Assembly: GCA_964373805.1 (NCBI GenBank)
Contig: CAYJWF010000002.1
Span: 13,861 to 77,860 of the forward strand
Source: an uncultured Planctomycetia bacterium
Lineage (GTDB): Bacteria; Omnitrophota; Gorgyraeia; 1-14-0-20-64-10
DNA length: 64,000 nucleotides
Reading direction: 5' to 3'
Shown here: positions 18,608-27,958 of the stretch, piece after piece
How positions within the stretch are numbered: the stretch's first letter is position 1
Layout: every line of letters starts with the position of its first letter
Position numbers and translations under genes: made by a program
The notes under the pieces: generated by a model
Databases searched by the model: none
The model's input: the letters and a program-made list of their open reading frames with translations, nothing else
What the model was told of the DNA's origin: nothing

Positions 18608-18822
18608 CGGGGAGCACCTCCTTTTCTATTTTAAGGTTTGAGGGAGATTTTACGCCAGGACGTTACCGAAAGATAACGGCAACGTTAAATCTTTGTTACG
18701 AGCAGAAGTGAGCGAAGCGAACGCAGCGAGTGGTTTCGTCTCCTTTAACGAAAGCCACGAGCAGCGCCAGCGCCGAAGCTACGAGGTAGGCAGCCGAGTA
18801 GTGAGGCTTCCATTAGCCGAAG

Positions 18823-21378
18823 CTAAGAAACAGGCGCAGGTGCCGGGCCCCGTTCAAAGAGGTACCGTAAAAGATAGAGAGAATCTTCGGGGCCGATTTT
18901 TCCATCCCCATTGACATCCGCCGCCTCCGGGATGGGCGGGGCTGGAATCCGCTGAGCCAGGTAGCTGTTGATGAAGGCTGCGTCCGAGATGTTGACCTCT
19001 CCGTCTGCGTTGGAGTCTCCCCGGATGAAGCCCACCGGGGCGGGCCCGCGTTGAAAGATATAGGCCAACAGGTAACGTACATCGGCTAGGGTGATCCTCA
19101 AGTCCCCGTTTGTATCGGCCGAAGCTGGAGCCGCCAGGGTAGGCTTGCGCCCCATAAGATGGAGCTGGATCCAGACGCAGTCGGTGATGTTGATCCGGCC
19201 ATCCCCGTCCACATCCCCCCGAACATATTCCACCGGGGCCTGTCCGCCCTGGAACAGATAGCGCAACAGGAGCTGAAAGTCGCCTGCCGTAATCTTGCCA
19301 TCTCCATCGACATCGGCGCGGGGAGTGGCCGGTGGGCGCCCTCCACGAAACAGATAGTTCATGATGAAGATGGGATCCGCGATGTTGATCCGCCCATCCC
19401 CATTGGCATCGCCCCGCAGGGGTCCACGAGTGACGTTCCTCACCGTGATGAGAACCGTCTCTTGGGTATCTCCCCCTTTACCATCGCTGGCTTCCAACAA
19501 AACGATCACCGTCCGGATCCCCTCCTTGGGGCTGACAAAAGAAAAGGGAGGGGGCCATTGAAAGGTCCCGGCTCCACTCGCCGGGTCCGCCGTAAAGGTT
19601 GCCCCGATCTTCTCCAACGGATCCCCGTTGGCCAGCCGAGCCGTCAACGTCAGACGATCCCCATCCGGATCGGTGGCCTGTACCGTAAACCGCAAGGTCT
19701 GGCCTTCATCGACCAACTGCCGAGGAATCGGCTGGATTTTCGGGGCAGCATTCGGCCGCGGAGCCAGCGGAAATACGCCCGATCGCTGTGCATCGTGTCG
19801 ATCCTGCGGCCACGGGAGTCGGTCAGGGTCATACCGCCCTGGCAGATGGAAGGCGTTCATGGACTGAGAAACCCCCTGAGGGACAACGATCTCAACGGTT
19901 CCATCTCGATCCAGATCGACGATGGAGGGGGCGGCCATCCAGCGGATAGCGGAGACTCCCAGTAGAACATCTCCGCTCAGTGGAAGAGGAAAACCGTTGA
20001 CCGGACTCCCATCCTCGTGCCAAGCGGCTAAGGTATACTTCACTGAAAGCAGTCCAGCCAGATTAAAGAATTCAGTGGCTAAGATCTCCAACCTCTGATC
20101 CCCATCGATATCCCCCACAATGGGGCCCTCCAAGATCCCCGTTGCACCGATCCCATCGGCTTCCATCTGGACGGGCCAACCGTCACGGACATTCCCCTGC
20201 GGATCGAACACCGTTAGGGTTACATTCTCATCTCTCTGTAGATACCGATGGGCCGACGAGCCAACCACCAACTCCGGCTGTCCATCCCCCTCAAAATCGG
20301 CCAGGGCAATCACCGGAGACCGGCCGGTCGGTCTCGGCCACCCTGGCATCGCTTCTCCATTCCCGCGCAATACGGAAACGAGCCCTATCCTCTCGCTTTC
20401 CGAGGAAACCCCTCCCAGCACAATCTCCATTACGCCATCTTTGTCCAGGTCACCCAGGACGGGTGGCCTTGTAGTAGAGGAAGTCATCCGAGAGACCGGT
20501 TGGTTAAGGAGAACCTTTCCCTGTTGATTGAAAACCACCAAGGAAACGGAAAACGGCCCAGGTGTCAGCTGCCTGGAGACCACCAATACCAGCTCCGGCG
20601 CTTGATCCCCTCGCACATTTCCTATGGCTACCCCATGACCTGTAAAAAGGTCATCCCCTGGGATCATCACCGGCCATCCAGCCAGGGGGGTACCGGAGGC
20701 GTCCCATACATAGACGAAGACGCCGTTTTCTCCAGCCGGACGAAACCGCGTCGAGGTGACCACGACAACCTCCAGGTCACCATCGCCATCGACATCCGCG
20801 AGGGTTTGATACGGTGGAGGAAATCGATCGGATCGGTCCAACCGGATGGGCCAGCCAGGCAACAGAGTTCCATCCTGCCTCCAGGCATGAACCGCCGAAG
20901 TTATGATCTGGGGAGACTCCTCTCGCCAAAAAGCGGTCTGCACAATCTCCAACCGTCCATCCCCGTCCAAGTCGCCCAACAAAGGGGAGGAATCGGTCAG
21001 GGCGTTTAACCCAAAGCCAAGGGGGGTTCCGTCGATCGGTTGAGGCCACCCCGGATGCGGCTGACCGTCCCATCGGTAGACCGCTACGACTGGCCTGCCG
21101 AATGGCTGCGGCGGGAAGATTTCTGGCGGGAAGCCCTCTGCGATATTGCCCTCCACCACAACCTCCGGATAACCGTCCCCATCCAGGTCGGCAATCGTTG
21201 GAGAATTTCTCACCCAAGGATGCTGGATCTGGCCCCCCTGTTGGATCGTCACCCGCACCGGCCAGCCGGGAAGCTGCTCCGGCGGCTCCGCGGCAAAAGC
21301 TGGAGTTAAGAACGAAAGAGTCCCAAGAAACAACCCTAGAGCGAAACTTCTCTTCTCGATGATCGCGGTCCGCTTCAC
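18823..21378 (-). CDS. Secreted FG-GAP/VCBS beta-propeller protein with cadherin-like Ig domain and six C-terminal type-I dockerin-like Ca-binding repeats
   Basis: Signal peptide; seven DxDxDGxxE blades (DLDGDGYPEVVV, GDLDGDGRLEIV, ADVDGDGDLEVVVV ...); six DxNxDGxIxxxD repeats each followed by LxYLF (GDANGDGRINIADPIFIMNYLF ... ADVNGDGKIGPEDSLYLLRYLF). Confidence 0.7.
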   Translation of the reverse strand: MKRTAIIEKRSFALGLFLGTLSFLTPAFAAEPPEQLPGWPVRVTIQQGGQIQHPWVRNSPTIADLDGDGYPEVVVEGNIAEGFPPEIFPPQPFGRPVVAVYRWDGQPHPGWPQPIDGTPLGFGLNALTDSSPLLGDLDGDGRLEIVQTAFWREESPQIITSAVHAWRQDGTLLPGWPIRLDRSDRFPPPYQTLADVDGDGDLEVVVVTSTRFRPAGENGVFVYVWDASGTPLAGWPVMIPGDDLFTGHGVAIGNVRGDQAPELVLVVSRQLTPGPFSVSLVVFNQQGKVLLNQPVSRMTSSTTRPPVLGDLDKDGVMEIVLGGVSSESERIGLVSVLRGNGEAMPGWPRPTGRSPVIALADFEGDGQPELVVGSSAHRYLQRDENVTLTVFDPQGNVRDGWPVQMEADGIGATGILEGPIVGDIDGDQRLEILATEFFNLAGLLSVKYTLAAWHEDGSPVNGFPLPLSGDVLLGVSAIRWMAAPSIVDLDRDGTVEIVVPQGVSQSMNAFHLPGRYDPDRLPWPQDRHDAQRSGVFPLAPRPNAAPKIQPIPRQLVDEGQTLRFTVQATDPDGDRLTLTARLANGDPLEKIGATFTADPASGAGTFQWPPPFSFVSPKEGIRTVIVLLEASDGKGGDTQETVLITVRNVTRGPLRGDANGDGRINIADPIFIMNYLFRGGRPPATPRADVDGDGKITAGDFQLLLRYLFQGGQAPVEYVRGDVDGDGRINITDCVWIQLHLMGRKPTLAAPASADTNGDLRITLADVRYLLAYIFQRGPAPVGFIRGDSNADGEVNISDAAFINSYLAQRIPAPPIPEAADVNGDGKIGPEDSLYLLRYLFERGPAPAPVS

Positions 21379-21522
21379 TGGTTTTCTCCTCTTTTCATGG
21401 GTGGCTGCGATGTAAACCTTTGTAAGTGGGATTTACTCTTATACTCTTCTTTAAGTGGCCCGATGCTACTCTATTTTAATATGGATGTCAAATAAATAAT
21501 AAAACCGGCTGGATAGGGAGAT

Positions 21523-22347
21523 CTAGGCGTAGTGCCGAAGCAGGCTCTTTACCTTAGGAAACTTCAAATGCTCAAGCTCATTTGGATCCAGCACGAAACG
21601 CTCCAGTTCCAAGCGCACCGCTTTCCAATCCACTGCTTCGAGTTCATCCTCCACCCACCCGGGAAACTCTCGCTCCTTAATCTCACTCCCACCTCCCTGC
21701 GTCTGGCGAATGGCGTTGTTGAGCAGTTTCAGGTTGGGCATGACACCCCGCCCCAGATACCAGACCAGATCGTAAACATCCCTTCCCTTCCGGTAGCGAC
21801 GAAAGAACAAGGCGTGGAGCTTCAGCGCGAAAAGCGAAGGCAGATCAAAGACGGTCACCGCGTAAGAAATGGGGGTCGTCACCAGCTCCACCTCGGTCTT
21901 TCCTCCCTTAGGGGGACGGGTGTCGATCTCCCACTTGAGCGTGAGTTTCTGCTCCGGCAGGTCCGAGAGATTGAACTCCTTCAATAAACCGGGGAATCGG
22001 CAATCGGCCGTCCGGACCGTCTTCTCTTTCCGGGGATAAACCTCGCATCCCAGCCCTTGAAGCTTAAGATCCTTGGCTACCTTCTCAAGGAGGGTCTGAA
22101 ACTCAAACCCTTCCGAATGGAGGAGGGAAAAATCCAGATCCTCCGAATAGCGATTCGTCCGATACAGCAGCCTCAAGGCGGTCCCACCGGTAAAGACAAG
22201 GTTTTGAAAGGCTCCATGACGGGACAGGCTCTGCAGCGTGAGATGTTGGAGGATCTCCGCGAGGGCCAGACGCTTCAAGTGAGGCTGAGGAACCCGGTCC
22301 AACTCTCGACGGATCAGATCCTTCAACGCAGCACCTCCTGGATCCAC
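21523..22347 (-). CDS. AbiEii/AbiGii-family nucleotidyltransferase toxin (type IV TA / abortive infection)
   Basis: 274 aa with FTGGTALRLLYRTNRYSEDLDF motif diagnostic of DUF1814/AbiEii. Confidence 0.75.
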   Translation of the reverse strand: MDPGGAALKDLIRRELDRVPQPHLKRLALAEILQHLTLQSLSRHGAFQNLVFTGGTALRLLYRTNRYSEDLDFSLLHSEGFEFQTLLEKVAKDLKLQGLGCEVYPRKEKTVRTADCRFPGLLKEFNLSDLPEQKLTLKWEIDTRPPKGGKTEVELVTTPISYAVTVFDLPSLFALKLHALFFRRYRKGRDVYDLVWYLGRGVMPNLKLLNNAIRQTQGGGSEIKEREFPGWVEDELEAVDWKAVRLELERFVLDPNELEHLKFPKVKSLLRHYA

Positions 22348-22952
22348 CGCCTGACCACGGAGATCAACCTTTGGGATCCGAATCGCTCTGCACAGGCCCT
22401 GACCTTCTGGGGATCCAGCCCCTCACAATTCTGAAAACGATAAGACTCTTTGAACACCGCCCCCTCCATAGCTGAAAGTCGGGAGAGATTTAAATACAGA
22501 AAGTCAACCACCGCCTTCTCCGGTGTAGCCACCAGAATGGAAAGCCCTCCCGCCGCCGAGATCGACTCGAACCCTCCGTAACCGGCCGGAAGCAGATGCT
22601 GATAAATAAAGATCCCAAACTCATTCTCGAAACGACAGGTCTTCCGGGGGGTGATCGACGTTGTCGCCGCGACAAACTCGGGGATCATCCCATGATACGC
22701 CAAGGCGGACTCCAGGCTCACATAGGACGGCAGATAGATCTGATTGGCGAGGTAAAAGCGAGACGGCTCCACCTGCCGATCCTCGTCATTAAGGACATAG
22801 AGCCCCTTGCGCAACGGCCGGATAAGCCCCTTCTTTTTCCAACCCGCCAGTTGGACCCGAAGCGTTCCCACCTGGTCCGTCAGAGAAACCAGCATGCTGG
22901 ACGAAAAGAGGGGGTACCTCCTCATCTTCCGACGAAACTCGTTGTATTTCAT
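22323..22952 (-). CDS. AbiEi-family antitoxin/transcriptional regulator
   Basis: 209 aa; YVSLESALAYHGMIPE core of AbiEi; overlaps abiEii by 25 nt in the canonical order. Confidence 0.7.
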   Translation of the reverse strand: MKYNEFRRKMRRYPLFSSSMLVSLTDQVGTLRVQLAGWKKKGLIRPLRKGLYVLNDEDRQVEPSRFYLANQIYLPSYVSLESALAYHGMIPEFVAATTSITPRKTCRFENEFGIFIYQHLLPAGYGGFESISAAGGLSILVATPEKAVVDFLYLNLSRLSAMEGAVFKESYRFQNCEGLDPQKVRACAERFGSQRLISVVRRWIQEVLR

Positions 22953-23045
22953 TTCATTATACTTTTCTATAATCTACAGAAATGATACCATCCCCGGCCT
23001 TCTTCATCAAGCGCTCTTAGCACACGCAGATTATTTCGTGGGTTT

Positions 23046-26000
23046 CTATCCCAATCCGTCCGGGGTGGGATCGGCGCCGGGATTCGGATACGGCGGGACC
23101 GGCGGTGGGCCGCCTTTGAATAGGTGGCTCACCAAACGGAGAGCATCCGTGACATCGATCCATCCGTTATCATCGACATCGCAGGGATCTAAGGAAGGGA
23201 CCTTCTGCCCCCGGTACAGATAAAGCAGGATCGTCACCACATCGGAGATGTCCACCCGACCATCCCCATTGGCATCGCCGCGGATAAACGACGGTTGGGC
23301 AGTCACTGTAACCGTTACTTCTTCGGTATCGCTGAAGTCGCTCGGATCCATGACCCGGAAGAAGAAGGTGTTGGTGCCCACCTGGTCTGCCCCCGGCATC
23401 CATCGGAGAATTTTCGTCAACGTACCGGGCTCGGAACGGACCGTTTCCAAGCTTGCCCCTCTAGGTAGTGGGGAAGGACGTGTCGCCAACACCAATGGAT
23501 CTCCATCCGGATCGGTGGCGGAAATGGGGAATTGGAGCGTCTCCCCAACACGAGCCGTTCTAGAACCGATCGGCTCTAGAACGGGTGAACGACTAGAAGG
23601 CCCGAACTCAGACACGTAGACCTGTCCCGTCAAAGTCATCCGGCTACTCACACCTATCCAGGCCACTCGATTACCGGAAAGGGAAGGCGCTGCATTAATC
23701 TCAAACAACGAAGAGATAACCCGGTGCGTCTCCCCTGTCGTCAAATCCTGGAGGAACGTAAGAGGAGGGATTCGGAATTGACCCCAAAAATCTTCCCAGA
23801 CCACCTGATTCCCTGCAACATCCGGACGGATCTGGGTAGCCGGGTGAGAGGTAAGCTGCCGTTCCCTCCCAGTTCGCAAGTCGTAGAGAAAAAGATCAGC
23901 GGGATCAGGATCAAGCGCATCCTGTTCCCGGTGATCCTCGTAGATGATCCAGTCACCCCAGATCACTGGTCTAACCTGGTCAGACGGATGGTCGGTAATC
24001 CGACGTTCCGTATCGGTAGACAGATCGTAGAGGTAAACGTCGACGTTTCCGCCTTCCGCATGAGAATAAACGATTCGGTCGCCGGACACCCCAACCTGAG
24101 GCCGCGGGTTTGCGAAGCCTGGATCCTCAAAGACAGGTTTCTGCAGACGCTCCCTGAACGTGGTTAAATCGTAGACCTCTAGAATGTGATCGACTGTCAC
24201 ATAAACGAGCCAATGACCAGACATAACAGGAGGCGAATCAAAGGGTAGATTCCCTGCGATTCCTCCCTGATTCACGATGCGCTCCTGCTTGGTGTTGAGG
24301 TTGAATAGATGAATCCTGCTTTGCTGGCCTAACCAAACAATCCAATCTCGCCAGATGGTTGGAGGCGATAACCAAGTGAGATCGGAGGAGATTGACCGCT
24401 TTGTGTCGGTAGGTAGGTCATAGAGATAAAGATGGTTCGAGGTGGGGTCTCTATCCCCTGTGGTTTCTTCCCCCCAAACGATCCGGTCTCCTGAGATCGA
24501 AGGCCCCCACTTCTGTTGGGGGCCGTCCGTAAGCCGTCTGGGGGTAACCCATTCCAAGTAGTACTGCGCTACCTCTTGGAACCGTTGTCCACTTGATGTC
24601 GTAACTGAAAGGAGAACCAAGCTAGGGCCATCCGGTAGATCTCCGATCAGCCAATTTCCCAACACCCCATCCACCACGGGGGTAAACACCGGGCCCCCCA
24701 TCGATCGCCACGGTCCTACGGGGATATCGGTCTGATAGAGCAACTCATACTGCTGAAACCCGGGTCCTGCCGCTGTTCCGGTAACCATTACGGAGCGATC
24801 CCGTCGGCTGAGGATCGCCTTATCTTGCGGGCTGGTGAGGTATACCTGTGGGACCGAATCGATCGTCAGGGCCCGAGCAGCGTTAACGCGTCCAAATCCG
24901 GTCTCCCAATCAAAGCCTGGGGTCCCTACATCATCCGCAGAAATCTGCAATACCCGTCGAACCTCTTCATTGGAAAACTCGGGATGCCTGGACAAGACCA
25001 ACGCGCACACACCGGCCACATGGGGAGCCGCCATGCTGGTCCCTCGAGCCCTGTAATAGGATCCCCCTACCACCATCCTGCCCGCAAAGGCTGGACCACA
25101 ACTTTCCCGATAAATATCGGTTCCCATAGCGCGGAGGGACAGAATCGATGGGGTCACTTCCGAACAACCACCTCCTGACTCACCCCCCGGAGCTGCTACA
25201 TCGATCTCTGCTCCTAGGTTAGAGAAACTGCTCCTCTGATCCAAGTGGTCCAGGGATGCCACCGAGATGACCTCGGATGCGTTCTGGGGACTGAAGGCAG
25301 CTACATCGTCCCGACTATTTCCACCCGCAAATACCAATACCAAGCCGTTGGCGTAGGCCAGACGTATAGCTTCCATAACGAGCGGATTCTCTGGGCACCG
25401 ACCCATACATCCCCAACTGTTGTTGATCACATCCGCTACCCCGTGGTTCACGGGGTAGCGGATACCCTGTGCCAGAACACTGGAAGTGGAGATGCCACGA
25501 TCATCTAGTACCTTAACCGGCATAACCTTTGCCCGGGGCGCCACCCCAACGACCCCGATCCCATTGTTAGCTACTGCAGCAATCGTACCGGCTACATGGG
25601 TCCCGTGTCCATTAAGGTCCATGGGATCCTTATCCCCGTAAATCACATCCCAACCAAACATGTGATCACCAATCTCATTCCATTCCACCTGCCTGTTGCC
25701 ATTAAGATCTACATCGTCCAGATCAACGACTCCATCCCCATTGCGATCCGGAACGATCCCAGGATCCACCCAGACGTTCTTCCAGATGTCCGGATGGTTA
25801 TAGTCCAAGCCGGTATCGACGACAGCCACCACGATCCCTTCCCCTTGGGAAATCTTCCAAGCTTCGTCGGCTTTGATCTTCTTTAATCCCCACAGATCCC
25901 CGTACTCTTGGCCCCAGGCCCCGGTTGACCAGACCCCATCTTGATCTGGATCGACATACGTATCGTTGGGAAGGGTATCCGGGAAGGCTTGGATCTTCAT

Positions 26001-26651
26001 AATGTAGTCTGGCTGAGCGTATTCTACTGCCGGATCATCTTGATAGGTACGCACCATCGATGGGATATCGGTCGATTCATCCACCTTAAGGAGATACGTC
26101 CCATCCAAAGAGGGAACCACCGCATCCTTCGGGGCACGCTTCTGCCGACGCTCTAAGCGGGCTATGAGTCCTTCCTGGCCTTTAATCCGGGAATCCAACT
26201 CCGCTTTCTCCTTCTCGATCCGAGTCTGGTATTCCTTGGATTCTGGGGAATCCTTATCCTTCCACCAGTACCAGCTCGGATGCTCCTGACCCTCCAGACC
26301 TGCTCGCTTCTTCTTTAACTCCTGCAACCGTTCCTGGGCGGTCGGCTCCTTCGGAAAAACCTCTGTCACCGAGCTCACACCAAATCGCTGATTCAACGGC
26401 TCGATCGCCGAAAGGTCGTACCCTTCCTTGACCTTGACGATGATCTGACCAGGGGCATAGGTAGGAGCTGTCGGCCTGCCCTCCTCTACTTCCTGATGGG
26501 AATCAGGTTCCCCCTCTACCCCGCCAAAGGCAGAAGGCTGACAAAGGATGAGGGAAAAAACCAAAGAAACGGCTAGGGCTGTGTGCTTATGGCCCATTGC
26601 CAAAATGCGATCCCCCTTTGTCGCCATGGTACTTCTATAAACCCGATTCAC
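23046..26651 (-). CDS. Secreted subtilisin-like serine protease (S8) with N-terminal I9 propeptide, beta-propeller, cadherin-like Ig domain and C-terminal dockerin-like repeat
   Basis: Catalytic triad motifs VAVVDTGLDYNHPD, HGTHVAGTIAA, GTSMAAPHVAG; repeated DRIVW/LYDL blades; C-terminal GDANGDGRVDISDVVTILLYLY...DVDDNGWIDVTDALRLVSHLF. Confidence 0.85.
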   Translation of the reverse strand: MNRVYRSTMATKGDRILAMGHKHTALAVSLVFSLILCQPSAFGGVEGEPDSHQEVEEGRPTAPTYAPGQIIVKVKEGYDLSAIEPLNQRFGVSSVTEVFPKEPTAQERLQELKKKRAGLEGQEHPSWYWWKDKDSPESKEYQTRIEKEKAELDSRIKGQEGLIARLERRQKRAPKDAVVPSLDGTYLLKVDESTDIPSMVRTYQDDPAVEYAQPDYIMKIQAFPDTLPNDTYVDPDQDGVWSTGAWGQEYGDLWGLKKIKADEAWKISQGEGIVVAVVDTGLDYNHPDIWKNVWVDPGIVPDRNGDGVVDLDDVDLNGNRQVEWNEIGDHMFGWDVIYGDKDPMDLNGHGTHVAGTIAAVANNGIGVVGVAPRAKVMPVKVLDDRGISTSSVLAQGIRYPVNHGVADVINNSWGCMGRCPENPLVMEAIRLAYANGLVLVFAGGNSRDDVAAFSPQNASEVISVASLDHLDQRSSFSNLGAEIDVAAPGGESGGGCSEVTPSILSLRAMGTDIYRESCGPAFAGRMVVGGSYYRARGTSMAAPHVAGVCALVLSRHPEFSNEEVRRVLQISADDVGTPGFDWETGFGRVNAARALTIDSVPQVYLTSPQDKAILSRRDRSVMVTGTAAGPGFQQYELLYQTDIPVGPWRSMGGPVFTPVVDGVLGNWLIGDLPDGPSLVLLSVTTSSGQRFQEVAQYYLEWVTPRRLTDGPQQKWGPSISGDRIVWGEETTGDRDPTSNHLYLYDLPTDTKRSISSDLTWLSPPTIWRDWIVWLGQQSRIHLFNLNTKQERIVNQGGIAGNLPFDSPPVMSGHWLVYVTVDHILEVYDLTTFRERLQKPVFEDPGFANPRPQVGVSGDRIVYSHAEGGNVDVYLYDLSTDTERRITDHPSDQVRPVIWGDWIIYEDHREQDALDPDPADLFLYDLRTGRERQLTSHPATQIRPDVAGNQVVWEDFWGQFRIPPLTFLQDLTTGETHRVISSLFEINAAPSLSGNRVAWIGVSSRMTLTGQVYVSEFGPSSRSPVLEPIGSRTARVGETLQFPISATDPDGDPLVLATRPSPLPRGASLETVRSEPGTLTKILRWMPGADQVGTNTFFFRVMDPSDFSDTEEVTVTVTAQPSFIRGDANGDGRVDISDVVTILLYLYRGQKVPSLDPCDVDDNGWIDVTDALRLVSHLFKGGPPPVPPYPNPGADPTPDGLG
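23059..23097 (-). repeat. 39-bp segment at 3' end of S8 protease gene (encodes PPYPNPGADPTPD), duplicated at 27881..27919
   Basis: 38/39 identical to 27881..27919. Confidence 0.7.
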
Positions 26652-26705
26652 CCGATTTTATTCCAGGATTATCCTTGAAAAGTGGCAGGTCGACTTTAGA
26701 CCCCT

Positions 26706-26939
26706 TTAACCCAAAAGCTGACGGAGATCTTTGGCTGTCAACTGCACACCGCGTAAGATGGCTCGGAGGGTTCCTGGTTTGATTGGCTTCGAACCGTGGA
26801 GGATAATCGTTGCCCGGCGGGATAGGTCTCCCTTATGTCTCATGAGCACGTGAGACCCTCGTTGACGGAGAACGATAAAACCGGCTTTCTCAAGAGCACG
26901 AACAACTCGCTGGCCAGGAACTTGTGGGAGGTCGCTCAC
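26706..26939 (-). CDS. hicA: HicA-family mRNA interferase toxin
   Basis: 77 aa; GFIVLRQRGSHVLMRHK...GTLRAILRG typical HicA. Confidence 0.7.
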   Translation of the reverse strand: MSDLPQVPGQRVVRALEKAGFIVLRQRGSHVLMRHKGDLSRRATIILHGSKPIKPGTLRAILRGVQLTAKDLRQLLG

Positions 26940-27175
26940 GCAGCGACACGAACCTCCCGCAGGAAGACATCGGACGATGGGATCGGTTGATGGTCTGCCT
27001 CTAATCCTCCCAGGTAGAGAACGATGGCCTCTTTAATGTTAGCAAGGGCTTCTTTCTCGGTTTCCCCTTGACTGGCACAGCCAGGAAGTGCCGGTACATA
27101 GACCGAAAAACCGCCTTCCGACTCTGTCTGAAAGACCACACCGAATCGCCGAATCACGGATTTCACCTCCTTCAT
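26936..27175 (-). CDS. hicB: HicB-family antitoxin
   Basis: 79 aa; FSVYVPALPGCASQGETEKEALANIKEAIVLYL (HicB/UPF0150 fold); overlaps hicA by 4 nt. Confidence 0.7.
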   Translation of the reverse strand: MKEVKSVIRRFGVVFQTESEGGFSVYVPALPGCASQGETEKEALANIKEAIVLYLGGLEADHQPIPSSDVFLREVRVAA

Positions 27176-27356
27176 TACAGTTTACCACAGACAAACCCAT
27201 CAGGAGGTCTGTTGACACAAAGATTGCCTCGGTCCCGCTTCGGCTAAAGCCTCGCGGTCCCTCGCAATGACTTAAAGGGGCTACAGCGAGTCGAGGAATT
27301 GGGTGCCTTTCGTTAAAGGACGGTGGACAAACTTCTCTAGGTTCCTGGAACCTTTT

Positions 27357-27530
27357 TTAGAATCCAACTCGCAAAGCGCTGGGCAGTCTCGCAGCACGCA
27401 TGGGCCTCCTCTGCTGAGGGCAATGCTCCAACTGCTGGATACCGTTCAATCGCCGAGCTGCTCGATGGGGATCCTGCTGCGCTTTCTGCAGCCACTCGGC
27501 AGGATAACCGGAAGGCTTACGACTTGGCAT
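27357..27530 (-). pseudogene. HEPN-domain toxin remnant (57 codons, truncated/frameshifted) downstream of MNT gene
   Basis: ATG overlapping MNT 3' end; encodes PAEWLQKAQQD...LNGIQQLEHCPQQRRPMRAARL resembling PF05168 HEPN N-terminus (AEWLxKAxxDL...FHAQQAAEKALKALL) then stops; a second frame continues with EEAHACCETAQRFASWILKK. Confidence 0.35.
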
Positions 27531-27843
27531 AGAGAACTTTACCGGACTGCAAAATATCCATCAGGAACTGGTCGCCTAAGGCCAGACGCCGGCTAAGTTC
27601 TTGAGGGGTCAGCACGATCGGATCAAAGGGGATACCTCGCCTTAAAGGCGAGACGAGCTGGCGGACGGTCGCCAACCGCTGATGAAACGTCTGCGGCGTC
27701 CGTTTGACGATCAAAAGGTCGATGTCGCTTTCAGCCTTTTGCCGACCCGTGGCAAACGAGCCAAACAGAACGATCCGTTCCGGCTGATAACGGGTCTTTA
27801 AAACCTCCCGAATGCGCTGTATCACTCGCTTGGACTTATTCAT
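27517..27843 (-). CDS. Minimal nucleotidyltransferase (MNT) antitoxin of HEPN/MNT module
   Basis: 108 aa; IVLFGSFATGRQKAESDIDLLIV (GS...DxD polymerase-beta-like NTase motif). Confidence 0.7.
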   Translation of the reverse strand: MNKSKRVIQRIREVLKTRYQPERIVLFGSFATGRQKAESDIDLLIVKRTPQTFHQRLATVRQLVSPLRRGIPFDPIVLTPQELSRRLALGDQFLMDILQSGKVLYAKS

Positions 27844-27880
27844 GCTACCTTCTATTTTACCACAAGCTTAATTGAGGTTA

Positions 27881-27919
27881 TCCGGCGTGGGATCGGCGCC
27901 GGGATTCGGATACGGCGGG
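27881..27919 (-). repeat. Orphan 3' fragment of a dockerin-type gene (…PPYPNPGADPTPDNLN*) duplicating the S8 protease 3' end
   Basis: 38/39 nt identity to 23059..23097; open only ~17 codons (TGA immediately upstream). Confidence 0.7.
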
Positions 27920-27924
27920 GCTGG

Positions 27925-27950
27925 GGGTCAGACCCCGAGGGGTCTGACCC
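27925..27950 (-). terminator. GC-rich hairpin GGGTCAGACC-CCGAGG-GGTCTGACCC downstream of response-regulator gene
   Basis: 10-bp perfect stem; T-run only on the plus-strand side, so terminator function for the minus-strand gene is uncertain. Confidence 0.3.
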
Positions 27951-27958
27951 TTTATAAT

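Noticed and set aside
18620-18820. Purine-rich, GC-skewed stretch and ORF 18693-18914 downstream of the porin gene, considered as a small-RNA gene
   Set aside because: No convincing secondary structure, promoter or terminator; the ORF has no motif; left unannotated.
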